A stretch of 64,000 nucleotides of DNA from Dehalococcoidia bacterium (GTDB lineage: Bacteria > Chloroflexota > Dehalococcoidia > Lucifugimonadales > GCA-002694895): contig JBJLGN010000025.1 of the NCBI GenBank assembly GCA_045564835.1, forward strand, positions 2,809-66,808. The letters run 5' to 3'. The translations under genes and the position numbers were made by a program. Each line of letters begins with the position of its first letter. Position 1 is the stretch's first letter. Shown in pieces: positions 20,978 to 30,534 of this stretch. The notes below the pieces were generated by a model. The model was not told the DNA's origin, did no database searches, and saw only the letters and a program-made list of their open reading frames with translations.

Positions 20978-21115
20978 ATGACCGATAAACAAAAGAAGAA
21001 TTCAAAAAAGAAAAATATAAAAAAAAATATAAAAAAAAATATAAAAATTGATTTAAGCACTAAAATTACTGGTGGTAAAGAATTATATGATGCAATTGAT
21101 CTTCTTTTTAAGTGA
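20978..21115 (+). CDS. possible 45-aa lysine-rich small ORF between tRNA genes
   Basis: ATG 20978 to TGA 21113-21115 translates to MTDKQKKNSKKKNIKKNIKKNIKIDLSTKITGGKELYDAIDLLFK. There is no Shine-Dalgarno sequence upstream, and it is below the ORF-track size cut-off. Confidence 0.2.
   Translation: MTDKQKKNSKKKNIKKNIKKNIKIDLSTKITGGKELYDAIDLLFK
21015..21047 (+). repeat. 12-nt tandem repeat (ATATAAAAAAAA, about 2.8 copies)
   Basis: ATATA recurs at 21015, 21027 and 21039 with exact 12-nt spacing. The repeat is in frame with the small ORF, where it encodes (KKNI)x3. Confidence 0.7.
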
Positions 21116-21167
21116 TAATGAACCTTTTAAAAATCAATTTGTTTCCTTATAATAACATCCCTGGTAT

Positions 21168-21241
21168 GTGCTCGTAGCTCAACTGGATAGAGCGCAGCCC
21201 TGCGAAGGCTGAGGTTGTGGGTTCAAATCCCACCGGGCGCG
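21168..21241 (+). tRNA. tRNA-Arg (anticodon GCG), no encoded CCA
   Basis: Hand-folded. Acceptor GTGCTCG/CGGGCGC (two G-U pairs), D arm GCTC/GAGC with an A20-type loop AACTGGATA, anticodon stem CAGCC/GGCTG with loop CTGCGAA, T arm GTGGG-TTCAAAT-CCCAC, discriminator G. Confidence 0.8.
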
Positions 21242-21257
21242 AGTATTAAAATATTAA

Positions 21258-21334
21258 GGGCGATTAGCTCAGTTGGTTAGAGCGCCTGCTTTACACGCAG
21301 GAAGTCGGGGGTTCGAGTCCCTCATCGCCCACCA
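21258..21334 (+). tRNA. tRNA-Val (anticodon UAC), CCA encoded
   Basis: Hand-folded. Acceptor GGGCGAT/ATCGCCC, anticodon stem CCTGC/GCAGG with loop TTTACAC, T arm GGGGG-TTCGAGT-CCCTC, then ACCA. Confidence 0.9.
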
Positions 21335-21455
21335 TATTCTGATAAAAAATTTAACAAATTCCTTTGTCTTTGTTTCGAATATACTCTAAAACATAAGAAT
21401 ATAAGATATTCTATTGTTATTATTAACTCTTTAATCTAGAAATTTACATATATAA

Positions 21456-22565
21456 ATGCCTGAAGATAAAATTAAGTGGGGGATTATAGGAATAGGAGCA
21501 ATGGGAGAATCTCATGCCCAAACACTTCTCTCTAATTCCGTAAAAAATGCTGAACTTAGTGCAGTATGCGATATTGATGTTAAATGTAAAAGTAAATTTC
21601 CTGGAATCAAATTTTTTACAAATAGTAATGACTTATTTAAAGACAAAAGTATTGATGCTGTTCTGATAGCCACTCCACATACAACACACGTACCTCTTGG
21701 AATACAATCATTAAAAAGTGAAAAACATACTTTAGTTGAAAAACCTTTGTCCACCACAACAAAAAAAACTTTAGAGCTAATTAATTTTGCAAATTCTTGT
21801 GATGTGTCATTTGGTGTAATGTTAAATCAGCGCACAAATCCAATATATAAAACACTAAAACAAATGATTGTTGATAATGAATTAGGAGAAATACAAAGAA
21901 TTCAATGGACAATAACAGATTGGTTTAGAAGTGATTATTACTATAGTACATCTAGTTGGAGAGCTAGTTGGCAAGGGGAAGGTGGAGGAGTACTTATTAA
22001 TCAAAGTATTCATCAATTAGATTTATGGCAATGGTTATTTGGTATGCCAGACAGTGTTCATGCTAATATCAATCTTGGTCGTTTTCATAACATTGAAGTT
22101 GAAGATGATGTGACAGCATTATTTAAATACCATAATGGTTCTCATGGTTTGTTTGTTACAACTACTGGAGAAACTCCAGGAGTAAACAGATTAGAAGTAG
22201 CTTCAGATAATGGATTAATTATTATTGAGAATAACAAGATTATATGGAATAAAAATGAAATATCTGCTTCGGAATATCTAAAAAGATCAAAAAAATCTAT
22301 GGAAAAACCAAACATAAAAGTAGAAGAGTTAAAATTTGAAAACATAAATTTTAGTACAGAAAGAAAAAACATTATTCAAAATTTTTCAAATCAAATCTTA
22401 GGAATAGAAAAATTATATGTAGAAGGTAAAGAGGGGCTCAATTCAGTGGAACTCATGAATGCAATGATTTATTCCGGACTAAATAAGACTGAAGTTAGCA
22501 TTCCTATAAATAGCGAAAATTATGAAAAAAAACTTGACGAAATGATAGCTGAAAATAAAGGATGA
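21456..22565 (+). CDS. Gfo/Idh/MocA family NAD(P)-dependent oxidoreductase
   Basis: 369-aa ORF with an N-terminal Rossmann motif WGIIGIGAMG and the family motif LVEKPLS. Confidence 0.8.
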   Translation: MPEDKIKWGIIGIGAMGESHAQTLLSNSVKNAELSAVCDIDVKCKSKFPGIKFFTNSNDLFKDKSIDAVLIATPHTTHVPLGIQSLKSEKHTLVEKPLSTTTKKTLELINFANSCDVSFGVMLNQRTNPIYKTLKQMIVDNELGEIQRIQWTITDWFRSDYYYSTSSWRASWQGEGGGVLINQSIHQLDLWQWLFGMPDSVHANINLGRFHNIEVEDDVTALFKYHNGSHGLFVTTTGETPGVNRLEVASDNGLIIIENNKIIWNKNEISASEYLKRSKKSMEKPNIKVEELKFENINFSTERKNIIQNFSNQILGIEKLYVEGKEGLNSVELMNAMIYSGLNKTEVSIPINSENYEKKLDEMIAENKG

Positions 22566-22572
22566 GATTAAT

Positions 22573-23595
22573 ATGCAAAAATTAAAAATCGCAGCTATGG
22601 GTGTTGAGCACAGACATATTTTCGGACAACTCGAAGGAATGTTAAATTTAGATTGTGAATTCGTAGGATGGTGGACTGAAAATGACAACAGGATATCTAA
22701 AGATTTAGAAAAAAAATTCCCTGATATAAAAAGAGAGAAAGACAAAAACACTCTATTACATAATAATGAAATTGATTTGATATTAATTGCTGATATACCT
22801 GCAAAAAGAGCTGATTTAGCAATAGAGTGCATGAATGCAGGTAAAGATGTTATGCTCGACAAACCAGGGTGTACATCTTTGGAGCAGCTGAAGAAAATAA
22901 AAAACACAATAGACAAAACACAACAAATATTTTCAATTGATTTTTCTGAAAGATTTGAAGTACCAAGTGTCCAAGTGGCATCAAATTTAATTGAAAATGG
23001 AGAAATTGGGAAAGTTGTTCAGACAATAGGGTTTGGGCCACATCGATTAAATATCGATACTAGACCAGAATGGTTTTTTGACAATGAATTAAATGGAGGA
23101 ATATTATGCGATATAGCCTCACACCAAATTGATCAATTTTTATTTTTTACCAAATCCCAGTCAGCTGAAATCATTAGCTCAAGTATTGGTAATTTTTCAA
23201 ACCCATATAAAACAAAAATGCAAGACTTTGGTGAAATTTTAATTCATGGAGACCAAGGACAAGGTTACATACGAGTAGACTGGTATACGCCTGATGCATT
23301 ACCAAATTGGGGGGATGGAAGATTAACAATTCTAGGTACAGAGGGATATATTGAACTTAGAAAATATGTTGATGTTGCAGGAAGAGAAGGAACTGATCAT
23401 TTATTTTTAGTAAACAAAAATAGATACGAATATATAGATGCTTCAAAGGAACCACTTACATATTTTAAAAACTTAATGTATGACGTTTTAAATCGTACTG
23501 AAACTGCAATGAACCAAGATCATTGCTTAGAAGTTATGAGACTTGCAATCAATGCTCAAAATTCAGCAAAACGTTTAGGTAATTTAGCTCGTTGA
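22573..23595 (+). CDS. Gfo/Idh/MocA-like oxidoreductase (divergent paralogue)
   Basis: 340-aa ORF with KIAAMGVEHRHI and MLDKPGCTS (EKP-like motif). It starts 7 nt after the preceding paralogue. Confidence 0.65.
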   Translation: MQKLKIAAMGVEHRHIFGQLEGMLNLDCEFVGWWTENDNRISKDLEKKFPDIKREKDKNTLLHNNEIDLILIADIPAKRADLAIECMNAGKDVMLDKPGCTSLEQLKKIKNTIDKTQQIFSIDFSERFEVPSVQVASNLIENGEIGKVVQTIGFGPHRLNIDTRPEWFFDNELNGGILCDIASHQIDQFLFFTKSQSAEIISSSIGNFSNPYKTKMQDFGEILIHGDQGQGYIRVDWYTPDALPNWGDGRLTILGTEGYIELRKYVDVAGREGTDHLFLVNKNRYEYIDASKEPLTYFKNLMYDVLNRTETAMNQDHCLEVMRLAINAQNSAKRLGNLAR

Positions 23596-23628
23596 ATTAA
23601 ATTCATTAGTAAACATATAATTAAATTT

Positions 23629-24867
23629 ATGAAAAACTATAACCCCGTTATAATTATTGGAGCTGGAATAGCAGGGCTCTGCACAAGCTTTTATCTAACA
23701 AAAAATAATATTTCTCATATCATTATTGAAAGAGGTGAGATTGCAAACACTTGGATAACAGAAAGATGGGATAATTTTCATTTGGTTAATCCTAATTGGG
23801 CAATAAAAATCCCCGATTTTGGATTCGGGTCAAAATATTTTCCAAATAAAAATCCTGATGGTTATTTAAATAGAATTGAAACCATAAATTACATACAAGA
23901 TTTTGCTAATCATATTGGTTCTAAAATTTATACTAATGAAAATGTGGAGCATTTATCTAAACAAAATAATGAATACATAGTTAAAACTTCTAAAAGAATT
24001 TTAAGTTCTAATATTGTAATAATTGCATCAGGAGCATTTGGAGAATTGTACATACCTTCGATTAATTCAGAATTGTCTGACGAAGTTTTACAACTTCATT
24101 CTACAGAATATAAAAACCATAACAAATTACCTGAGGGAGGAGTATTAGTTGTTGGATCCGGTCAATCTGGAGCTCAAATAGCAGAAGAATTATTAGAAAA
24201 CGGAAGAGACACATGGCTAGCTGTTAGTAAATGCGGTAGAAGACCAAGAAGATATAAAGGTAAAGATTCTTCATGGTGGAATTATGAAACAGGATCTTTT
24301 AATAAAACTGTTGATAACACACCTTTTGAACAAAGATGGACATGCAGTCCGCATACTTCAGGTAGTAGAGGTGGGCATGATATTAATTTAGTTGACCTTG
24401 AGGAAAATGGTTTAAAATTATGCGGAACAGTAAAGCTTTGTAATTCGGATAAAATTTTATTTAATGATAATTTACATGAAAATTTAAAATTCTCAGATAA
24501 ACATGCATTAAATTGGGCCAAAAAAGTAGATGATTATATTACAGTAAATAAATTAGAAATGCCCGATGAAAAAATTATTGAGGATAAAAGAATCATAAAA
24601 TACAAATCTAATAATTACACTCATATCGACGCTCCAGGTACAATAAATAGCATTATATGGTCAACAGGATTCAGATATAATTTTGATTGGGTTAAATTTG
24701 ATGTTACAGATAAACTAGGACACCCTGTTCAGAAAAGAGGAATCACAAATAACAAAGGTTTGTATTTTATGGGTCTTCAATGGATGCATTCATCAAAATC
24801 TGCACAATTTATTGGAGTAGCTGAAGATGCTGAATTTGTGGTAAATAATATAATATCCAGTTTCTAA
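23629..24867 (+). CDS. FAD/NAD(P)-binding oxidoreductase (flavin monooxygenase-like, two dinucleotide-binding motifs)
   Basis: 412-aa ORF with VIIIGAGIAGL near the N-terminus and VLVVGSGQSGAQIAEEL mid-protein. Confidence 0.7.
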   Translation: MKNYNPVIIIGAGIAGLCTSFYLTKNNISHIIIERGEIANTWITERWDNFHLVNPNWAIKIPDFGFGSKYFPNKNPDGYLNRIETINYIQDFANHIGSKIYTNENVEHLSKQNNEYIVKTSKRILSSNIVIIASGAFGELYIPSINSELSDEVLQLHSTEYKNHNKLPEGGVLVVGSGQSGAQIAEELLENGRDTWLAVSKCGRRPRRYKGKDSSWWNYETGSFNKTVDNTPFEQRWTCSPHTSGSRGGHDINLVDLEENGLKLCGTVKLCNSDKILFNDNLHENLKFSDKHALNWAKKVDDYITVNKLEMPDEKIIEDKRIIKYKSNNYTHIDAPGTINSIIWSTGFRYNFDWVKFDVTDKLGHPVQKRGITNNKGLYFMGLQWMHSSKSAQFIGVAEDAEFVVNNIISSF

Positions 24868-24881
24868 AAAAGGGAAAATCA

Positions 24882-25658
24882 GTGGACAAGCTTTATGAGT
24901 TAGCAAAAAAAATAAATAATGCAAAAAATAATGGAACTCAAATTAAATTAGCTGAAACTGATTCAATAAAATCAATAAAAGAGGCTTATAATTTTCAAGA
25001 TATTCTAACTGAAGTCTCTGGACTGAAAGCATCAGGGTGGAAAGTAGGAGCTACAAGTACTAAAGCACAGAAAGAATTGAACACAATTGAACCCGTAACT
25101 GCTCCTGTTTTTCAAGAATACATATATGAAAGTCCTGCAAACTTCCAACAACTTTTCGATCAAGAAATCAGTATAGAATGTGAGTTTGCATTCAAATTTA
25201 AAAGTGAAATACTACCCAAAAATGGAATCTATAGTTTAGATGAAATACTTTCAAAAATAGAAAGTGTAGTTCCAGTAATTGAAATAATAGGAACTAGATA
25301 TAAATCAGGATTTAAAAATATAGGCCCAATAAAATTAATTACAGATATGGTAATTCATGTTGCTTTAATCAAAGGTAAAAATTACAAAAAATGGCAAAAC
25401 ATTAATTTTAAAGAACATAAAATAAGTCTTTTCAAAAATAGAACTAAAATAGTTGATGGAAATGGATCAGAAGTTCTTGGCTCTCCTCTCAATGTACTTG
25501 AATGGGTAATTAATCATCTTTCATATCGAAGAAAAGTAGTTAAACAAAGAGATATAATTTCAACAGGAACATGCACAGGTATTGTGCCTATACTTCCAGG
25601 AGATAAAATAAAAGCAGATTTCAGTGACTTGGGTATCTTAGAATTAAATATCTGTTAA
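24882..25658 (+). CDS. 2-keto-4-pentenoate hydratase / FAH-fold hydratase-decarboxylase family protein
   Basis: 258-aa ORF with a GTG start. The AYNFQD...GWKVGATS pattern is typical of MhpD-like hydratases. Confidence 0.55.
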   Translation: MDKLYELAKKINNAKNNGTQIKLAETDSIKSIKEAYNFQDILTEVSGLKASGWKVGATSTKAQKELNTIEPVTAPVFQEYIYESPANFQQLFDQEISIECEFAFKFKSEILPKNGIYSLDEILSKIESVVPVIEIIGTRYKSGFKNIGPIKLITDMVIHVALIKGKNYKKWQNINFKEHKISLFKNRTKIVDGNGSEVLGSPLNVLEWVINHLSYRRKVVKQRDIISTGTCTGIVPILPGDKIKADFSDLGILELNIC

Positions 25659-25751
25659 GTTTTATAATAGTATCATATGTTTCTGAAAAACAATTTTTTA
25701 TTTTAAATATGTATATATTATTTACAAACTACAAACAATAACAATTAATTT

Positions 25752-26741
25752 ATGGTAAAAGTAAATAAATTCAAAAATGGTTTAATAATTCATCCAGGGT
25801 TATCAGAAGAAATAGGAGATAATATACAAGGACCATCTTTGATAAAAGCACCTGATTGGTTACCAAATATTCTTGGTAAATATTATTTGTATTTTGCAGA
25901 TCACAAAGGCGATCATATTAAGTTAGCATACTCAGACAATTTGCTTGGACCATGGAAAATACATCATGGAGGAACTTTACAATTACAGGAATCAAAGTTT
26001 TTAACAAAAAAACCCACAATACCTAAAAGTTTTAAAATTGAAGAATTAGGGATAAGCCAACCGGATGGATATAATCCTGTCGAATCCCAAAAAGAATTTA
26101 TACCTAATAGAATTGATGATATGACCATCCCGCATATTGCCTCTCCAGATGTACATGTAGACGAAAAAAATAAAAAAATAATTATGTATTATCATGGGTT
26201 AGAAAAGTTTGGATTCCAGCAAACAAGAGTTAGTACTTCGAATGATGGAATCCGATTCAAAGCTCATCCTTTAATTGTTGGGAAATCATATTTCAGGCAA
26301 TTTGAATATAAAAATAAAAAATACGGAATGTCTATGCCCGGAATTTTTTATGAAAACTTTGGCAAGACTTCACAATACAAAGAAATAACACAATTATTTA
26401 ATTCAAAAATGAGACATTCTGCTTTGATAATAATAAAAGATTTATTATATGTTTTTTATTCTCAAGTTGGAGATACTCCCGAAAGAATATATTTGTCCAC
26501 AATAGATGTAAGTGTTCCTGTTAATAAATGGAAAGAAACAAAACCTATAGAAATCATCAGGCCTGAATATAAATGGGAAGGAGGAGATTTACCTCTTGAA
26601 AAATCCTCAAGAAGTGCTATTAATATCCCAGTTAATCAATTGAGAGATCCAGCTATATACAAAGAAAATGAAATGTTATATCTTTTGTATTCTGTAAAAG
26701 GAGAAAATGGTATTGGAATCTGTACTTTAGAAATTAAATAG
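25752..26741 (+). CDS. hypothetical protein (possible beta-propeller, glycoside-hydrolase-like fold)
   Basis: 329-aa ORF. It shows repeated hydrophobic strand/turn patterns (YYLYFADHKGDHIKLAYSDNLLGPW, IIMYYHG, LLYVFYSQVG, MLYLLYSVKGENGIG) and no catalytic motif that I can name. Confidence 0.4.
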   Translation: MVKVNKFKNGLIIHPGLSEEIGDNIQGPSLIKAPDWLPNILGKYYLYFADHKGDHIKLAYSDNLLGPWKIHHGGTLQLQESKFLTKKPTIPKSFKIEELGISQPDGYNPVESQKEFIPNRIDDMTIPHIASPDVHVDEKNKKIIMYYHGLEKFGFQQTRVSTSNDGIRFKAHPLIVGKSYFRQFEYKNKKYGMSMPGIFYENFGKTSQYKEITQLFNSKMRHSALIIIKDLLYVFYSQVGDTPERIYLSTIDVSVPVNKWKETKPIEIIRPEYKWEGGDLPLEKSSRSAINIPVNQLRDPAIYKENEMLYLLYSVKGENGIGICTLEIK

Positions 26742-26792
26742 TTAATGTATTATATTAAGCACAAACGTAAATTAAACGAATAGAATTGAAAA

Positions 26793-27530
26793 ATGGATAA
26801 TAAAAACAATAATTCCGATTTAGTAATATATGGAATAAATTCCGTTAAAGAAGCTTTGTCAAATGGGAATGTTATTCAAATACATATTTCAGAAAATTTT
26901 GCCAAAAATAAAAGAGTAATTGAAATTATTAAAGTTGCTGAAAAAAACAATAAATCCATTGAAATAATTGCAACCAATACTTTTAAAAATAAATTTGGAT
27001 TTAGCCATGGGCAAGCCATTGCAGCAAAAATATCTTTAAATTTTAATTTACATATAGAAGATATTATAAATACTGATCCAACAAAAAATTCAAATATTCT
27101 AATTGTTGACAAAGTTCAAGATCCACGAAATTTGGGTGCTTTAATTCGTTCTGCTGAATCTGCTGGATTTGATGGAATGATTATTTCAAGTAATAACGCG
27201 GCAAAAATAAATTCAACAGTAGTAGAGAGTTCTTCAGGAGCGGTGTCGCATATCCCTATAATAGATAATCAAAATGTTAACCAATTAATCAAAAAACTTA
27301 AAACATTCAACTACTGGATTGTTGGCCTTGATATGGATGGAGATAAGGAATATAAAGATTACGATTTTACCGGCAATGTTGCTTTAGTGATTGGCAGTGA
27401 AGGTTCAGGGATATCAAAATTAACCAAGTCATTATGTGATCAGATATACAAAATCTCAATGTACGGCAAAACAGAATCTTTAAATGTTTCTGTAGCTGCG
27501 GGTATAATGATGTTTGAAATGAAAAAATAA
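26793..27530 (+). CDS. rlmB: 23S rRNA (guanosine-2'-O)-methyltransferase, SpoU/TrmH family
   Basis: 245-aa ORF with an N-terminal substrate-binding domain (IYGINSVKEAL) and SpoU motifs DKVQDPRNLGALIRSAESAGFDGMI, LVIGSEGSGIS and ESLNVSVAAGIMMFE. Confidence 0.8.
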   Translation: MDNKNNNSDLVIYGINSVKEALSNGNVIQIHISENFAKNKRVIEIIKVAEKNNKSIEIIATNTFKNKFGFSHGQAIAAKISLNFNLHIEDIINTDPTKNSNILIVDKVQDPRNLGALIRSAESAGFDGMIISSNNAAKINSTVVESSSGAVSHIPIIDNQNVNQLIKKLKTFNYWIVGLDMDGDKEYKDYDFTGNVALVIGSEGSGISKLTKSLCDQIYKISMYGKTESLNVSVAAGIMMFEMKK

Positions 27531-27539
27531 GGATTATGT

Positions 27540-28634
27540 ATGAACAGGTACCCAATAAATTTAAATGAGTATGAAGAATTAGCAAAAAAAATATTACCAC
27601 ATAATATTTGGGATTATATAGAAGCTGGAAGAGGTGATGAAATAACATTAAAAAGAAATACTGAAATATTTAATGAAGTATTTCTTAGGCCAAATAAAAT
27701 GGTAGATATATCTGATATAAAAATGGAAACAACAATATTAGGCGAGAAAACTTCATTTCCATTAATGATAGCTCCTGCAGGCGGTCACACATTTTGTGAC
27801 GAAGACGGAGAACTTTCTACAATTCGAGCTGCGAAAAAAGAAAATATTATTGCAGGAGTGGGTACAAATTCATCCTACACAATAGAAGAAATATCAAATG
27901 AAACTGATAAACCCTTATGGTTTCAAATATATCATTTATCTAAAGAAATAGATGAAATGCTTGTGAAGAGAGCAGAAAATAATGGATACAAAGTAATTGT
28001 ACTTACTGTCGATGGTCCTGTCCCAGGTATGGATCATTTAAGACCAAAAGAAAGAGATATTAGAAATGCATTTATTAACCCTCCTAATACAGAGAGAGTA
28101 AATTTAATAGGTGAAGCAGCAGGGCTAGGGTATAAAAAAGGCGATCCCGAAGTGCAGCTAGGCGGGTTCCATCCTGTAGAACAATTACTATGGGAAGATA
28201 TTGATTGGTTTAGATCAATAACAAAATTACCAATAGTCATAAAAGGTCTACAATCAGCTAATGATGCAAAAAAAGCTATTGAGTATGGAGTAGATGGGAT
28301 AGTTGTTAGCAATCATGGGGCAAGAGGAGTAGATACCCTTATGCCAAGCTTAGAATCATTGCCAGAAGTAATTGATGCTGTTAACGGTAAATGTGAAGTA
28401 TACTTGGACGGAGGTGTCAGAAGAGGTGCCGACATTCTAAAAGCTTTAGCATTTGGTGCAAAGGGTATTATGATTGGAAGACCATTTTATTGGGGACTTG
28501 CAGTTGACGGAGAAAACGGAGTAAGAGATGTAATTAGTATACTTAAACAAGAATTAGAGCAAGCCATGAAATATTGTGGCATCACAGACGTTGAAAACAT
28601 TGACCCTAATTTACTATCATATAATTTTAGCTAA
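27540..28634 (+). CDS. FMN-dependent alpha-hydroxy-acid dehydrogenase/oxidase (LldD/glycolate oxidase family)
   Basis: 364-aa ORF with PLMIAPAGGH, VVSNHGARGVD and LDGGVRRGADILKALAFGA. Confidence 0.8.
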   Translation: MNRYPINLNEYEELAKKILPHNIWDYIEAGRGDEITLKRNTEIFNEVFLRPNKMVDISDIKMETTILGEKTSFPLMIAPAGGHTFCDEDGELSTIRAAKKENIIAGVGTNSSYTIEEISNETDKPLWFQIYHLSKEIDEMLVKRAENNGYKVIVLTVDGPVPGMDHLRPKERDIRNAFINPPNTERVNLIGEAAGLGYKKGDPEVQLGGFHPVEQLLWEDIDWFRSITKLPIVIKGLQSANDAKKAIEYGVDGIVVSNHGARGVDTLMPSLESLPEVIDAVNGKCEVYLDGGVRRGADILKALAFGAKGIMIGRPFYWGLAVDGENGVRDVISILKQELEQAMKYCGITDVENIDPNLLSYNFS

Positions 28635-28649
28635 CTAAAAGGATTTTTT

Positions 28650-29747
28650 ATGAACTTCGGTAACTATAAATTAAATAACCCTGAATCGTTTGAAACACCT
28701 GAATATGTCATTTTTGAAGACATAATTAATCATAATATAGATACTGTATTATCTATGGTTAAAGATCCTAATAGATTAATACCCCACGCAAAGACACATA
28801 AATCAAAAGAAATTTTAAAATTACAAATAGAAAACGGAATCACACGACACAAAACTTCAACATTAGAAGAAATTGAAGTTTTGGCCGAGTGTTCGCCTGA
28901 AGAATTAATATTAGCTTACCCAATTACATCTAAAATCAAAGCAGATAGATATAGCAATATAATTAAAAAATTCAGTAATATAAAATTTAGTTCAATTATT
29001 GGTTCTGTTTATCATTTAGAATTAGCATCCCAAATAGAAAACTTGGATGGAGTATATATTGATCTAGATACAGGAATGCATCGAACTGGAATAGATATAG
29101 AAGAATCTGAAGAATTATTGGATAAACTATTTAATTCCTCAGATATAAAATTCAAAGGTATCCATGGATATGATGGACACCTGGTAGGTCTAACTGATAT
29201 TGAAGAAAAACAAGATATAGTAAATAACAGTATTGAAATAGTTGAAGAATTCAGAAATAAAATTTCTAAATTCTCTAAAGAGCAAAATTATGACATCATA
29301 GTTGGAGGATCATGGTCATTCCAATACTATTTGGACAAAACTGATTATAAAGTTTCTCCAGGAACATGGATTTATTGGGATTCAAATAACATAAGACAAC
29401 CAGATCTGAATTTCAAAGTTGCAGGATTAATATTGGGACAAGTTATTGACGAAGACAAAATAAGAAAAACAGTTACTGTAGATATAGGAGCAAAATCCGT
29501 TTCTTGTGATGCACTTACTCCTGACAGATTTACTATCGAAGGAAAACCTAAAGCAAAATTATTGTCTCAAAATGAGGAACATGGTGTAGTAGAACTTAAT
29601 GGAGAAATTTTAAATATAGGAGACTATGTACTTGGATCACCTGGGCACGCATGCACTGTACCTCCTAAATTTCCTCATGGAGTAAAAATAAATACGAATG
29701 GTGACATTTCAGGTAAAATAATAACTGATGCTAGAGATAGAAAATAA
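28650..29747 (+). CDS. PLP-dependent D-serine dehydratase / D-threonine aldolase-like enzyme (alanine racemase N-terminal fold)
   Basis: 365-aa ORF with IPHAKTHKS (PLP-lysine motif of the DSD1/D-TA family) and a C-terminal EEHGVV...GHACTV. Confidence 0.6.
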   Translation: MNFGNYKLNNPESFETPEYVIFEDIINHNIDTVLSMVKDPNRLIPHAKTHKSKEILKLQIENGITRHKTSTLEEIEVLAECSPEELILAYPITSKIKADRYSNIIKKFSNIKFSSIIGSVYHLELASQIENLDGVYIDLDTGMHRTGIDIEESEELLDKLFNSSDIKFKGIHGYDGHLVGLTDIEEKQDIVNNSIEIVEEFRNKISKFSKEQNYDIIVGGSWSFQYYLDKTDYKVSPGTWIYWDSNNIRQPDLNFKVAGLILGQVIDEDKIRKTVTVDIGAKSVSCDALTPDRFTIEGKPKAKLLSQNEEHGVVELNGEILNIGDYVLGSPGHACTVPPKFPHGVKINTNGDISGKIITDARDRK

Positions 29748-29754
29748 AAATTAT

Positions 29755-30534
29755 TTATTTTTTTCTTCTTTTTCTTAATTCTTGTAATTCTTGTACATCC
29801 ATAAATTTTTTCACAAAAGATTTGTGCTCTTCCGACTTCCTTGCCTTTGCGAAAATTTCATTTTCAATAGCAAACACTTCATCATAATCTTTTATATAGT
29901 TATTAAAAATCATGTCTTTAATAACCCGATTGTGCCAATCTGAATTCTTTGCAATGTCTTGGCTAGTATTAAAAGCTTCCTCAAACAAATCTTCAGGGTT
30001 AATACTTCGAGAAATTAACCCTATTTTCTCAGCCTGATCTCCATTAATAAACTTACCGGTTAACATTAATTCAGATGATATACTGATACCGACAATATCT
30101 GATAATCGCCTAGTACTTCCAAATTCAGGGGTTAAACCTATTTTTACAAATCTAAATGAAATTTTTGCATCAGAAGAAGCTAATCTCAAGTCAGAATATA
30201 AAAATAATGTTATTCCCATACCAACCGCAAATCCATTTATGGCACTAATAATAGGCTTGGATCTTAAAAACAAATTAACTAGTTCACTCCATGACCGAGC
30301 GTGTCTTTTTTTTGTGTTACTTTCTTGAAATCCAGCTACATCCGCTCCAGCGCTAAATGCTTTTCCATTACCTGTTATTAATATTGCACCAACATCTTTA
30401 GAAAAATTGAATTCCTCTATTGCAGAATACAAAGATTCAGAAAGCTCATAATTAAACGCATTCAAAGATTCAGGCCTATTTAATCTTATAATTCCAACTT
30501 TGTTTTTTATTTCAGTTAATATTACATTAGACAT
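29755..30534 (-). CDS. enoyl-CoA hydratase/isomerase (crotonase) family protein
   Basis: 259-aa ORF with ILTGNGKAFSAGADV and AINGFAVGMG oxyanion-hole motifs. Confidence 0.85.
   Translation of the reverse strand: MSNVILTEIKNKVGIIRLNRPESLNAFNYELSESLYSAIEEFNFSKDVGAILITGNGKAFSAGADVAGFQESNTKKRHARSWSELVNLFLRSKPIISAINGFAVGMGITLFLYSDLRLASSDAKISFRFVKIGLTPEFGSTRRLSDIVGISISSELMLTGKFINGDQAEKIGLISRSINPEDLFEEAFNTSQDIAKNSDWHNRVIKDMIFNNYIKDYDEVFAIENEIFAKARKSEEHKSFVKKFMDVQELQELRKRRKK

Noticed and set aside
21010-21050. CRISPR-like or other regularly spaced repeat array
   Set aside because: There are only ~2.8 copies of a 12-nt A/T repeat with no spacers, and no cas genes in the window. I saw no other regularly spaced repeats.
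22479-22916. 145-aa minus-strand ORF spanning the junction of the two Gfo/Idh/MocA genes
   Set aside because: It overlaps two motif-supported plus-strand genes. The sequence is a Phe/Ser/Ile-rich shadow frame.
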